Shown: positions 28,501 to 37,246 of the stretch, one piece after another
How the letters are laid out: each line of letters begins with the position of its first letter
How positions within the stretch are numbered: the stretch's first letter is position 1
IMG/VR virus record: IMGVR_UViG_3300033067_001009
Coordinates: 11,905 to 75,904 of that record
Source of the DNA: a virus
Taxonomy: Duplodnaviria; Caudoviricetes
Strand: one strand, 5' to 3'
DNA length: 64,000 nt
Notes under the pieces: model-generated
Databases searched by the model: none
Told to the model about the DNA's origin: nothing
The model's input: the letters and a program-made list of their open reading frames with translations, nothing else
Position numbers and translations under genes: made by a program

Positions 28501-31500
28501 GGGTCGACGTGACGACTATCCGTGACGGTGTCAAGTACACCTTTAGGATTACACCCGAACACGCTGACGGTAACAACGTCGACATCAAGCAGGAGGCTAC
28601 CACGGAGCCGTCAGGAACCACATTGATTATGCGTATCCCTGAGAAAGTCCAGTCAACCAGCGGAGATGAGAAAGATGTGTGGCTGCCTTATGACCTCTCC
28701 CGAATCCAGACACTTAGCAAACCGCTGCTGGGAGACGTGGAGGTGTTGGCAGGTGATTCGTGGGGAGGCGAGACTACGTGGAAGCCGATCACGACGATGG
28801 GTAAACACTTCGACTATTCGCAGATACCGAAGTTCACATCCGTCAACTTCTCTTGGGGGTCTGCCGACATCTACATCGGTACTGAAAAGAAAGACAAGTA
28901 CGATGTCAAACACAACATTTTGTCGAACGGAATCTACCAATTCGACATTATGTTCGGTAAGTACGATAGCAGATTCCCACACGATGTAATGGTCGACGTG
29001 CATCCGAAAGCCAAGGCTGGAGATGCCGCGTACCCGTTCGACATCCGGCGCGAGGGGTTCAACCATCTCATCGAAAAAGACGTTGCCGCTCTGAAAGCGT
29101 ACATCGAGACTATCGGGTTGATAGAGCAGGTCGAGGACGAAGCCGAGACGTTCAAGTCTATGAAGCAGCTGCCGAGGGTCAAAGTCAACGGGCTGGCGAT
29201 GACGACCGAGCAGAAAGAAGCGGTCAAGGATACGGTCAAGAAAGAGAACGCTCCGGTCGAGAAGCCGCAGGTCAAGTACGACAACCTCCAAGTCAAGGAC
29301 GGTGTCATAAGCACGACCGATAAGACCACTGGCAAGACAGTCATTCTGATCGACACCAACGAGGGTAAAGACACCGATGAGGGTGACGGCGAGGGTGAGC
29401 GTAAAAAAGCATTCGACAAATCGTTCGATCCGGACAAGAAGCTCAAGACGGCAGCGGATATGCTGCACGACATCGGCATCGACCCCTCGCAGCCGGTGTT
29501 CCACAACAACACGAACATCGACTGGATGTCATTCCATCCGGACGCTCCGGAGTTCTTTTCGCAGATGGGTTCGCTGATGTCCGATCTGAAAGAGGAGATC
29601 GCCAAGCTCGGAGACTACGTCTCGAAAGCAGTCAAGCCGGATTTCTATTCTGGCATCTCCATCGACAAGAGCTACGCAGGTGTCAATATCAAGATACCTT
29701 TCAGCGGTATGTTCATCAACCCGTTCTACGTGGCAGCCGGTGTCGGGACGGACTTCAACGGTATCGTCAAGTCTCTGTACCACACGATGCTCCACGAAGC
29801 TGTACATTTCTATGTACGCGCACATAACGACTCGTTCGCGTCAGGACTGTGGACTATCGATTCCAATATGGCGACGACCGGCGCACACGCCAAGATGACT
29901 GTCAAGCTCGAAATGGTATTGAAGAAACATTTCGAGATGTACAAGGAGATGAAGAAAGAGTATGACAAATTCTCAACAAAAAATATTAGAGGCTCTCTGG
30001 AGGGGGAACGCAGCGAAAGCGATGAATCGTTTGAGCCAGAACTCAGCGACGAGCAAATCGAACAAAGGTCAGAACGGTTTTGGGGGAAACTCTGGAATCG
30101 ATACGCTAATGCTACAAGTGAACCAGTCGTTAGCGTTAGCAACGCAGAAGAGGGACGCAAGGACAGCGAACGACTTCCAAGCGATAAAAAACAAAATCAA
30201 ATCGTTCCCGACAAACAAAGCTCTGTTGACATATCTAAACTCTCTGTCGGTGACCAAGTAACTTTCCGGTCGGGAGCTAAAGGCTTCGTCGTCTCGGTAG
30301 AGGACGGCAAGGTCACGGCCGTATTGCAGGACGGCACGTTCAAGGAACTCAAGGCGATCAAGCCGAAGATCGAGAAGAATCCGAGTACGGATCAGAACAA
30401 GACCACCTTGAGTGTCGACACTGCAAGCGCTCCGGCAGAGCCGACCGATCCTGTCACGTCACCATACGAATCGCTGGAGGATGAGGAAGTCCACAATATG
30501 CTCATCAACGACATCAACCTGCCACTCCAGCAGCAGGTTCAGTCAGGATACGGGGGTACCAAAGTATCGAGCACCGATGTCATCAACAGCTTCCGTAAGG
30601 TATTGGAGCAAATCGGCAACACTGTTATCCGGATGGGGCGCACCGGCAACATACAAGCCGAGGGCATCTACAAGCCGAGGGTCGAGGTCATCCGGCTGGG
30701 CAGAGCCAACAAGATCACGGCTGCCGCGCACGAGGTCGGACACGCGATCCAGAAAGCCGTGTTCGGTGCTGTATCCGGCAGATCGTTGGGTGGGCTGTCT
30801 CCGATTGTCCGTCGCCAGCTGATCGATCTGGGTCGTGAGCTGTACGGGGATCGTGTACCGAAAGGCGGGTATGCCGCCGAGGGGTTTGCCGAGTTCATCC
30901 GGATGGCTCTGACCGGAGACACCACAACCGTCAACGTGTCGGCTGTCGAGGACTGGTACAACAACGAGTTCCTCCCTAACAACCCTGAACTTGAGACCGT
31001 ACTGTGGGATGCCAGATCGACGGTAGACGACTACATCAACCAAGGTGCCAAGAGCCGGTCGGATGCCAATATGCCGGTAAAGAAATCCGTCAAGGAACGA
31101 CTGGCCGGACTCAGGAACTTTTTTAGAAAGATTCCGACTTGGATGAACGAAGACCTGACACCGTTGCTGCGGCTGACCCGACGTGTCGAATCTATTACCG
31201 GACTCAAGCTGTCGTTCGGAGAAGACCCGTACTCGGTTGGCTCTGCCTTACGTGGCCTTGCTCCATCCCGAGTGGCCTATATGGCGTACGAGAATATGGT
31301 CGATGCGAACGGCAATATAGTAGGCAGACCTCTGATAGATGCAACCCAGCTCGTTCGTGACTCGGAGCGAGACTTCACGCATTATCTGTGGGCGCGGCGT
31401 ACTATCGAACTGCTCGACCGAACCAAGACGCTCGACGACGGAACCGTCGTACCCGATCCGAAAGCCAGCGGTATGTCGAGAGAGGATGCCGAGTTTCTGA

Positions 31501-34169
31501 TCTCCGAGTTCGACACTCAGTACCCGCAGTTCGAGATCGCCGCCCAGCAGGTGTACGACTGGAACCGTGGCGTTCTTGAGTATGTCCGTCAAATGGTTCC
31601 CGACCTCGACGAATCGATCCAGCGGGTCTTGGACAGTTCTCAGAACTACGTTCCTTTGATGCGTGTGTTTGATGACGTGGAAGAGGATGTGTTGGCGGGT
31701 AAGTACAGCGGGTTCGGGAGTAATTCTCTTAAGACTTTGAAAGGGTCTGACAGGAGGGTGAAGTCGATCTTTCCGCAGCTCTTGGCAAATGCCGAGCGGC
31801 TCATTCAGATGGCGCACAAGCGCAAGGTGCTGGACACCATCGTCAGTCTGGGCGAGATCGATGGCGTTGGTCAGCTGATCGAAGAGGTGCCGCAGTCCCA
31901 GCGTCCGAACAACGTGACCATCGAGCAGATCGCCAGAGGTCTGACGGATGCCGGTGTCGATCTGGACGGCATCGATCTGGATCAAGCGATCACGTATTTC
32001 ACACCAGCCCAGCGTCCGCAAGGTAAAGACCCGATTGTACCGCTCGTCAGGGACGGCGCGATTCGCTGGTACTACGTGAATGCCGAGCTGTACAACACAC
32101 TTTCCGGCCTGGACATACACAAACTCCATCCGATACTGGATTGGACGTTCGGCGTGTCGACACGTGCGTTCCGTCTAGGAACCACCGGACTCAAAGCATC
32201 GTTCTCTTTGTTCACTAATCCGATGCGCGACATCCCGACTCTGTATATGCAGACCCAGACTAATAATCCGGCACGGCTGGTGATGGAGTATTTCAGGGCT
32301 ATTGGTTCGGCGCTCAACCCTAAACGGTTGGTAGGAGAGAATACCACTGCACTTGATTTAGTGCACCGTCTCGGTGTCTCTATGTCACAGCCTCTCGGAA
32401 CTGATGAGGCAATCACGACCAAGGCATCCAAGGAACTATTCAAGTCCCCGTTCAAACGGGTCGTCACCCAGCCTATCACGATGCTGCGCGAACTGTTGAG
32501 CACACCGGAAATGATCCCACGTGAAGCAGAGGTGCGAGCTATCGCCAAAGAGATAGGTTACACTATCGGAACCCCGATGGATTTCAATACGATGGTACAG
32601 CTGAGTCTCGCCGGTCGTCGGGCGACTGTCGACTTTGCGGCGATGGGTACGGTGGGCAGAGTAATGAACCAGATGATTCCGTTTTTCAATGCGAATATTC
32701 AGGGATCACGGTCGTTCATCCGTGCTTACCAAGCACGTCCCGTGCGTACTACTTTAACCGGATTGGCGGTGATGACGTTGCCGACTTTATGGCTCTGGTG
32801 GAAGTACAAGGACGAGGATTGGTGGCGCAAGATGCCGACCCGCGAGAAGTTCCAGTACTGGCACTTTCGTGTCGGTGACGAGGTGATCCAGATTCCCAGA
32901 ACTCAGGATTGGGGAGGTGTGTTCGCGTCTGTCCCCGAAGCTCTGCTCGACGGGTGGTATCAACGTGACCCGAAAGGTGTGGAGAAATCAATGGGTTACC
33001 TCTTTGACAACGTCACTCCTGACATTCTCCCGACGATTGCCAGAGCCGCTGTCGAGCAGCTCGGCAACCGCATCGATTACTTCGACCGGCCTATCGTACC
33101 TACCGGCGATCTTAATAAACCGGCAGCGGAGCAGTACAGCCCGTACACCTCGGTGTTCGCTAAGTGGTTGGGTGCTCATCTTCCGAACTGGAAAGTCCTG
33201 AACATCCCGATCAACAGCCCTCGCCGGATCGATGCGCTCATCCGGACGATGGCTGGCGGGGTCGGTAGCGATCTGGCGCATCTTTTGGACATTAGTAAAA
33301 AGGATTTGACGTTAAGTGATCTGCCGGTTATCGGCAGAGCATTCAGGCAGGGTGGCGTGGAGGGTGTCGGCAGCACCGATGTCGAGAACTTCTACGATGC
33401 TTTGGATGAAGCTAAGACCAGAGCGGCGAGCGAGGCGAATCCCGAGTCCCCGCAGGAGCAGCAGCAGCGTCAGCTTCTCGAAGACACCAGCAAGACCATC
33501 GCTGTCGTCAGGAAGCTGGCTGTCGAAGCTCCGACCGTGAGAGAGCGGGAGCGGTACTCGCGTCTCGTCAACGCGCTGGCCGATTTGGCAGTCAACCGCA
33601 AGCTCGACTATACGACCGAGCAGAACCGGAAGCTGCTGCCGGAGGACATCGACCTGCTCAAGCAGACCGAATCCAAGATCGCAGAAGTGACTCAGGTGAC
33701 CGGCGCGTTCGATTCAGGAAAGGTCGAGGACATCAAGGAGCTGCCGAAGAGAGATCAGCGGGAGGTTTTGAAAGAGGGGCTGCTGACCGATCAGCAGCAG
33801 AAGTTCTCGTCTCTGACGAATGTGGAGAAGCTGTTCAAGTTTCGAGTGTCGACACTCGAAGACAAGGCACGGCAGTCGGCATTCATCACGAAAGCGATCA
33901 ACGATCTGAAAGCGAAGCGGGACAAGCAGCCGAACGAACAAGCATTGATTGGTGAATTGGAACGTGCTCAGTCGAACTTCGATGCGGAATTATCGAAGCA
34001 GCCGGAAGATGAGCGACGGAGGTTGGAACAGATCGACGACGAGACCGAGAAAGCTGTTTCTGTGGGAGGCAGAACTCGTCGCAGGAGTAGGCCAGCAAGA
34101 GAGGGTCGCCCCAATAAGAACGACCCTCTGAACAAACTGTTCAAGTTCTACGAGCAGAAACAGAACTAG
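22569..34169 (+). CDS. Giant polyvalent virion/ejection protein: lytic transglycosylase, SH3/KOW-like modules, GHKL ATPase, two HExxH motifs, LPD38-like C-terminal region
   Basis: SLT: AMMAKESSG..AKGYMQV..ANITAGVRY..ALAAYNAG. GHKL: KEAFQNSFDA, VTDNGIGM, GGFGMAK. Metallopeptidase-type motifs: LHEAVH and AHEVGH. LPD38-like: QMIPFFNANIQG..WHF..IPR. Confidence 0.85.
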   Translation: MFDEEAVNAAANALLKMSPQTEATFSAPDVVPEPVPEPTPVPQPEPMPPIPQNNDDEEDVQTRTKRIAKREGVDPKLILAMMAKESSGKKKARSWANAKGYMQVTPDKIKTYYKENPNADPYDAEANITAGVRYMKRLLKRYGGDVRKALAAYNAGEKQALDRPDWEKYAETWSNDKEVQAGRKPRGKSDPTNTLNYVNHIYSNYKSGKTFTDVGYQIDDEAVNAAANALKNMPPPKVDEDAINAAAAALSKSQPPATTITPTEGTTPTPETYPRTDVQGFDKQGNPATVAKFGDTPIPPVTPTSVDTQTDDALPEVAQKTEGITNPPEFEFWDKTTGQQFWVDPDRKGLKDSQIRLLPVPNVVKTPEDKAKQDNTPRIIEKDPDGNYYFVQTGQVATKQPTVVQKVRKVPTKVPVSQPSGDGQIRSPLEELKTTGQTKLGSATVKMVGQPDGDTIKVEDEDGETYKIDAKTGDVEDESMAEVADTFSFNRVPLNLRPTTSLEDAKTQATYQIASQMKSKYGIAVQDFAAWQANKGFIDFDTKGEANPDSFYQPYTTDESTPSTELGKSLLTTNTYSITRREMAELQQFSARQSKAREDAVLQMIASGQFPTPETLNRLEVDLAKIANDRRDDYMMAREKQAVSLEDFDRFKRESYMRGMDDYEASITAGTKLGWYTDKFAQTELENWRKEKLNAQSRVDAAYGGDQNPDNAVRIQLEKRAAVGVLQQRAQQFGTITNLVNIRLKMQQEEAAAKQAIEDRMNQLWGGGTLPSLAYFGEATKNVVFNFGKGLYSTVISDMVKGAVTITKPIADGASMLLGVEGTRNLNVSDNIVYRAMQTVDDFVDKAKPSTNDDFRQTDSPAGFFVSDIPQGVASSLGFLLPSVSKYPRVAIALYSTVGMVSNGYEEAKAAGADEIDAQRYGIVSGGLLGWTEIFGSSEALIRLNRGSGGALWRQFLKKAFAEAAKEVPEEIFQEGVQTIGSNALARLTYDPNRELDRGLGRAMLAAGFSAGLVSTGVTLLNTVRYSRQIKTALAADRANGIETLRNFGNGNVYLYGKKITVTDEIQPLIDKHTELHDRITTAYKLMDRLKTEAQTVPLEKRAEFYKLIQDIAKNTAKDVVEQRNTAQAILDRTNPTKPDIVDTMTPEQVAEVREEPVPPPVAAVEEEQKKYIVVEPINKPEEKGQGTFVDNAADIEQSGVPEPIFKGALPTGAAPVDTNPVQETAPEPASVDTQGYTYDPNSPTPWRDFVESKGHKFRDIKATSPEYPALRDEFNKLKEAHTDIAPATEPVQEDPKPMTPRPTQTQTEYIQKYVGLHGDLFADAAQAAADEHYAVVKEHVKNGGTITKKVYDSMQPRHQRHFDQHYNSRGDKITANASISSTTATKPYHVSVGDVIQVDLPHGTHTMKVTDVDGRMVHGLKSDADGNTVKERISVELGEHKVTNLSAPETKLGGVDNASIVDDGKLPNSQSVKAGDSITYGNQKATVVKVTNKTVVVQHDGDTKTRTIKKDTFDALPVVNHTGQAEADQLTHGREFGTSTATPEEAADRQWEQVQEEEAKSQPVQPRLDGVETKESPENMEPHANGATPLETWAKDNPDAVRDIDTQYPAPTEDEMTIVKLFDDPESVENWEKSPAALLKMLQKHDLLDGLTMSEVSDDLKEDLKEAEDAEERQQMKLDYITEQLGYESNPFGDKYEARWQALYDRYTEIYNRNQQQGTATEVAAEEAPVSEEPAAKFYEGDEVTLKDGTDAVVSSVLPDGKLEVEMPDGTLETVPISSVKPQVEENTAPTSVSPEASIYDHDELEARMDQLYKDTYLDTQGLETMYRLLMSGQHDKLNELLTLIETGIAQTSYMASEKQLKNIKGKVTANIRALLRLIGEQMYKGDIVEINVKEAFQNSFDAVKAAVEKGLITNPQIKIALDQSNRTLTVTDNGIGMNKKIILESFLVIAGSSKENTDPSGGFGMAKAPLLFGNDWVDVTTIRDGVKYTFRITPEHADGNNVDIKQEATTEPSGTTLIMRIPEKVQSTSGDEKDVWLPYDLSRIQTLSKPLLGDVEVLAGDSWGGETTWKPITTMGKHFDYSQIPKFTSVNFSWGSADIYIGTEKKDKYDVKHNILSNGIYQFDIMFGKYDSRFPHDVMVDVHPKAKAGDAAYPFDIRREGFNHLIEKDVAALKAYIETIGLIEQVEDEAETFKSMKQLPRVKVNGLAMTTEQKEAVKDTVKKENAPVEKPQVKYDNLQVKDGVISTTDKTTGKTVILIDTNEGKDTDEGDGEGERKKAFDKSFDPDKKLKTAADMLHDIGIDPSQPVFHNNTNIDWMSFHPDAPEFFSQMGSLMSDLKEEIAKLGDYVSKAVKPDFYSGISIDKSYAGVNIKIPFSGMFINPFYVAAGVGTDFNGIVKSLYHTMLHEAVHFYVRAHNDSFASGLWTIDSNMATTGAHAKMTVKLEMVLKKHFEMYKEMKKEYDKFSTKNIRGSLEGERSESDESFEPELSDEQIEQRSERFWGKLWNRYANATSEPVVSVSNAEEGRKDSERLPSDKKQNQIVPDKQSSVDISKLSVGDQVTFRSGAKGFVVSVEDGKVTAVLQDGTFKELKAIKPKIEKNPSTDQNKTTLSVDTASAPAEPTDPVTSPYESLEDEEVHNMLINDINLPLQQQVQSGYGGTKVSSTDVINSFRKVLEQIGNTVIRMGRTGNIQAEGIYKPRVEVIRLGRANKITAAAHEVGHAIQKAVFGAVSGRSLGGLSPIVRRQLIDLGRELYGDRVPKGGYAAEGFAEFIRMALTGDTTTVNVSAVEDWYNNEFLPNNPELETVLWDARSTVDDYINQGAKSRSDANMPVKKSVKERLAGLRNFFRKIPTWMNEDLTPLLRLTRRVESITGLKLSFGEDPYSVGSALRGLAPSRVAYMAYENMVDANGNIVGRPLIDATQLVRDSERDFTHYLWARRTIELLDRTKTLDDGTVVPDPKASGMSREDAEFLISEFDTQYPQFEIAAQQVYDWNRGVLEYVRQMVPDLDESIQRVLDSSQNYVPLMRVFDDVEEDVLAGKYSGFGSNSLKTLKGSDRRVKSIFPQLLANAERLIQMAHKRKVLDTIVSLGEIDGVGQLIEEVPQSQRPNNVTIEQIARGLTDAGVDLDGIDLDQAITYFTPAQRPQGKDPIVPLVRDGAIRWYYVNAELYNTLSGLDIHKLHPILDWTFGVSTRAFRLGTTGLKASFSLFTNPMRDIPTLYMQTQTNNPARLVMEYFRAIGSALNPKRLVGENTTALDLVHRLGVSMSQPLGTDEAITTKASKELFKSPFKRVVTQPITMLRELLSTPEMIPREAEVRAIAKEIGYTIGTPMDFNTMVQLSLAGRRATVDFAAMGTVGRVMNQMIPFFNANIQGSRSFIRAYQARPVRTTLTGLAVMTLPTLWLWWKYKDEDWWRKMPTREKFQYWHFRVGDEVIQIPRTQDWGGVFASVPEALLDGWYQRDPKGVEKSMGYLFDNVTPDILPTIARAAVEQLGNRIDYFDRPIVPTGDLNKPAAEQYSPYTSVFAKWLGAHLPNWKVLNIPINSPRRIDALIRTMAGGVGSDLAHLLDISKKDLTLSDLPVIGRAFRQGGVEGVGSTDVENFYDALDEAKTRAASEANPESPQEQQQRQLLEDTSKTIAVVRKLAVEAPTVRERERYSRLVNALADLAVNRKLDYTTEQNRKLLPEDIDLLKQTESKIAEVTQVTGAFDSGKVEDIKELPKRDQREVLKEGLLTDQQQKFSSLTNVEKLFKFRVSTLEDKARQSAFITKAINDLKAKRDKQPNEQALIGELERAQSNFDAELSKQPEDERRRLEQIDDETEKAVSVGGRTRRRSRPAREGRPNKNDPLNKLFKFYEQKQN
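33841..33860. repeat. 20-bp perfect palindrome TTCGAGTGTCGACACTCGAA
   Basis: Inside the giant ORF, read as FRVSTLE. Confidence 0.95.
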
Positions 34170-35191
34170 GCAGCGCCGGTGTCACCATCGGGAGCCGCAG
34201 TCGTAGTAACTTTCGGCGCGGCTTTCTTTTTGGGAGCGGCCTTGCCTTTGGCTTTCGATGCCGGTTTGGCTTTCGCCTTGGTGGTTTTCTTCGCCGCTTT
34301 CTTCGGCGCGGCTTTCTTCACGACGGGCTTCGGCGGCGGCAGGGGAGCGTCACCGAACTCCTGCTTGCCCATCTTGAGAATCCACGAAGACATCGAGCCG
34401 TACTTGCCCTGCACCTTGTCGACCACGTACTGCATCTGATCCGAGACGACGACCTGAATGTTCATCATCCGTTCCTTGACGGTTTTCTTCTTGCCGCTTT
34501 CGGCTTCCTTGAGAGCGGCTTCCCGTTCTTTCAAGTCGGCCTTGCGAACTTCGTCGATGTTCATCCCACCGTTGACCCGCTTGACATCGCGTCGGGCGAA
34601 GTCCTTGCCGTACGCCAGCGTCGACTGCCGCATTTCACGGAAGTAGTCGAGCATTTCGTCCGGCGTACACCACGTGGTGTCCTGCACCTGCAAGGCCAGC
34701 CGGTAATCTTCCCGTGCCAGCAGGGCTTCCGGCGAGTTGCCCAAGTCTTCGACGAGCTGCTTGCCGAACTGCTTGTAGATGCGGAAGTCTTCCTGTAAGG
34801 TCTGACGCTCCACCCCGACTTCCTTGCAGATGCCGCGCAGGACGGTGTCGACACCGTTACCGGCCTCGGTGTTAAATTCCTTACCGGCTTCCTGAACCCG
34901 CAGGACGATTTCGTAGGCCGCCGCGCCCCGCAGGACGAACGCCGCTTTCTCCGTTTCGACGACCGAGCCGAACAGCCGCTTGAGCTGGTCGTCGCTCATC
35001 AGCTTCTTGCCATCTTTGTCGGTACCGTGGATGACGTTCACCAGTGTCGCCGCACGACCTGACACCGACAGGCTGGTGCTGGCTGCGTTGTACTGGATAA
35101 GGTTCATATCTGTGGCTTCCGGCGTCTCGATGATCTCGGCATCCAAGACTTCGACTTCTTCATTTACTTTGTTGTTGATTTGTTCTGACAT
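34166..35191 (-). CDS. Hypothetical protein with Lys/Ala/Pro-rich histone-H1-like C-tail
   Basis: Ends PKPVVKKAAPKKAAKKTTKAKAKPASKAKGKAAPKKKAAPK. Confidence 0.65.
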   Translation of the reverse strand: MSEQINNKVNEEVEVLDAEIIETPEATDMNLIQYNAASTSLSVSGRAATLVNVIHGTDKDGKKLMSDDQLKRLFGSVVETEKAAFVLRGAAAYEIVLRVQEAGKEFNTEAGNGVDTVLRGICKEVGVERQTLQEDFRIYKQFGKQLVEDLGNSPEALLAREDYRLALQVQDTTWCTPDEMLDYFREMRQSTLAYGKDFARRDVKRVNGGMNIDEVRKADLKEREAALKEAESGKKKTVKERMMNIQVVVSDQMQYVVDKVQGKYGSMSSWILKMGKQEFGDAPLPPPKPVVKKAAPKKAAKKTTKAKAKPASKAKGKAAPKKKAAPKVTTTAAPDGDTGAA

Positions 35192-35257
35192 TTTTATTTC
35201 TCCTAACTTAAGTTAATTGTTGACTGTTGACTGTTGACTATGGCGATTCACGCCGAT

Positions 35258-35647
35258 TTATTTTCTGACCTTTGTTACGATATAGCCCGACCCGCTCACA
35301 CAGGTGGCCGACAGTAATGGCTGTGTATATTCGAGCGTGACCCGCTCGCCCTTGTCTGCCGCTTCGTTGATCTGGTTGACGATGTTCGGGTCGGCAACCG
35401 AGAAGTTCCACGTGGTCGGTACGACCGTGCCGGCACCGGTGTTGCTGGCAACACCGACGTTCATCTGACCCTCGTAGGTCTTGCAAAAGAACCCCTTGTA
35501 GGATACCTTGACCGGCACCCCGACACGTTCTCCGGAGCTGTACTCAATCGGCACACCACCGAATAACTTCACCAGTGCGATAATTACTATCACCCCCAGT
35601 ATGACCAAATAGGCACATCCCTCTGTGCGGTCGTCTGATTTACTCAT
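35258..35647 (-). CDS. Membrane-anchored conserved phage protein
   Basis: N-terminal TM, then YSSGERVG...KGFFCKTYEG...WNFSV. The ATG is at 35647. Confidence 0.6.
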   Translation of the reverse strand: MSKSDDRTEGCAYLVILGVIVIIALVKLFGGVPIEYSSGERVGVPVKVSYKGFFCKTYEGQMNVGVASNTGAGTVVPTTWNFSVADPNIVNQINEAADKGERVTLEYTQPLLSATCVSGSGYIVTKVRK

Positions 35648-36707
35648 CGTCTTCATCCTCCTCTTCGCTGTCTGGGGAAAATCCCCAGTCACAGAAATTG
35701 CACCTGAATCCGTCAGCTTCGGGAACCACCGCATCGTTATCGTCACAGATAGGGCAGTCCGGCATCTCGCCGTTTGCCGGAACCTGAACGGGTTCAGCCA
35801 GCGTATTCTGAACAAATTCCGCAACTCTGTCGTAGTTGCGCGAGATCGACCGCAACGTATTCTTGTGGCCGTTCTCCTCATCGATCACCTGCTGGTAGAT
35901 CGCGTCGTCACGGTACTCCGAGACGTACCGTCTGACCAGCTCCGAAAGCACTGCCGGTCGTAGTGCGTCGAGTTCCCACGAACTGTCTCCGTGAATCGCT
36001 CGGTATGCGTCGGCTCTGGGGTCGGTGACCTTGGTCGGATTCGGGGGAGGGTTATACTGCTCGATCTGATCGAAGTTGAGCGCCAATCTGCGGACGACCA
36101 CGCCGGTACGGCTGAGTAGACTGAGACGTTCCTGCACGTCTCGCGTCATATCGATGCCGCTCGGATCGTGATCTCCGAAGTGGAGAATCTCGGTCGATTG
36201 GCTATTGCTTCTCGACCGGTTCCGAATGCGCTGGGCAGCGGCGAACATCTCCGAGATCGACGTGTACCCACGGCAAGAGAAAAGTGGCACGTCGAACTCT
36301 TGGCAGACCCGCTCGAAGACACCGACGAGCGCATCTTTCTCGATCCAGATTTCAGGGACGACACGCTGACCTACCCACTTATCCATCCTGAAAGAATAGT
36401 ATGCCGAATCGATCACGCTGGCCGGAGTGCTCCAGTGCGTGAGTGCTCGGACTGCCCTTGTTCGATCACCGATATGTTCCCAGTCGATCAGACCCGCCAG
36501 CCGTGCGTTGTTCATCACGTCCGACAGCTTCGAGTATTCCCGCTGGTTATTGGCGATGATGTCACGTGACACCGACTGGTAATAGAGCTGCCTGAGAGTC
36601 AGGTAACCACCGCTCTCTTCGACGGACTCCTCAAGTATTGCATCGCATTGTTCGATTAAGTCGATTGTTTCAGGCTTGAACCTGAATGTCCTGAATGCTT
36701 GTTTCAT
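35640..36707 (-). CDS. Toprim-domain protein of TopoVI-A/Spo11/JetD-like type
   Basis: Winged-helix part (LTLRQLYYQ), EIWIEKDAL and HFGDHDPSG (DxD). Confidence 0.75.
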   Translation of the reverse strand: MKQAFRTFRFKPETIDLIEQCDAILEESVEESGGYLTLRQLYYQSVSRDIIANNQREYSKLSDVMNNARLAGLIDWEHIGDRTRAVRALTHWSTPASVIDSAYYSFRMDKWVGQRVVPEIWIEKDALVGVFERVCQEFDVPLFSCRGYTSISEMFAAAQRIRNRSRSNSQSTEILHFGDHDPSGIDMTRDVQERLSLLSRTGVVVRRLALNFDQIEQYNPPPNPTKVTDPRADAYRAIHGDSSWELDALRPAVLSELVRRYVSEYRDDAIYQQVIDEENGHKNTLRSISRNYDRVAEFVQNTLAEPVQVPANGEMPDCPICDDNDAVVPEADGFRCNFCDWGFSPDSEEEDEDDE

Positions 36708-36716
36708 AGTCTAGTC

Positions 36717-37001
36717 TCATCTGTTCAGGTTGCCTATGTACAAGTTCAACAAACTTTCCAGCTGCAACCTACCAAGGATGATAGCATCACAATATTTTTT
36801 ATTGCAAGTGACGCGACCATCTTTTATCACCCAGTACTCATTGTGTACAAGTCTCTCGAAAATCAAATGAGTGTCGACACTCGTGATACTGTACACGATA
36901 AGGTCTGGTTTTGCCTCGCTGTAAAGGCACTCGAACCCCAATTCCTTGAAGTCCGAATGTCTCAACGTCGGAGTTACGTTTTCGTACGATCCGTAGTTCA
37001 T
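36717..37001 (-). CDS. Hypothetical protein
   Basis: 94 aa, coupled to its neighbours; contains a repeat copy. Confidence 0.5.
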   Translation of the reverse strand: MNYGSYENVTPTLRHSDFKELGFECLYSEAKPDLIVYSITSVDTHLIFERLVHNEYWVIKDGRVTCNKKYCDAIILGRLQLESLLNLYIGNLNR

Positions 37002-37246
37002 ACTCCTGCCAGTTCCTCTAGCGAATCTTTGACCGACTCAAGCTCGGCCATTGCCGTACTAAGTATATCGACAGCGTCTCCGCTCTCGGTATACCTATCC
37101 GTTTCCTGTAAAGAGTCAGGCGTATTGTTATACGCCTCTTCCTCTTCTCCGTGAATCCGCTCCACGTCAACGATCACCACGTTGAGTATTGCTGCGGCTC
37201 GTTTTATTTCTTTACGTCGTTTATCGTTCAGACTCGTTACCCCCAT
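36998..37246 (-). CDS. Small helical phage protein
   Basis: NDKRRKEI...EEEEAYNNTPDSLQ pattern seen in many phage proteins. Confidence 0.55.
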   Translation of the reverse strand: MGVTSLNDKRRKEIKRAAAILNVVIVDVERIHGEEEEAYNNTPDSLQETDRYTESGDAVDILSTAMAELESVKDSLEELAGV

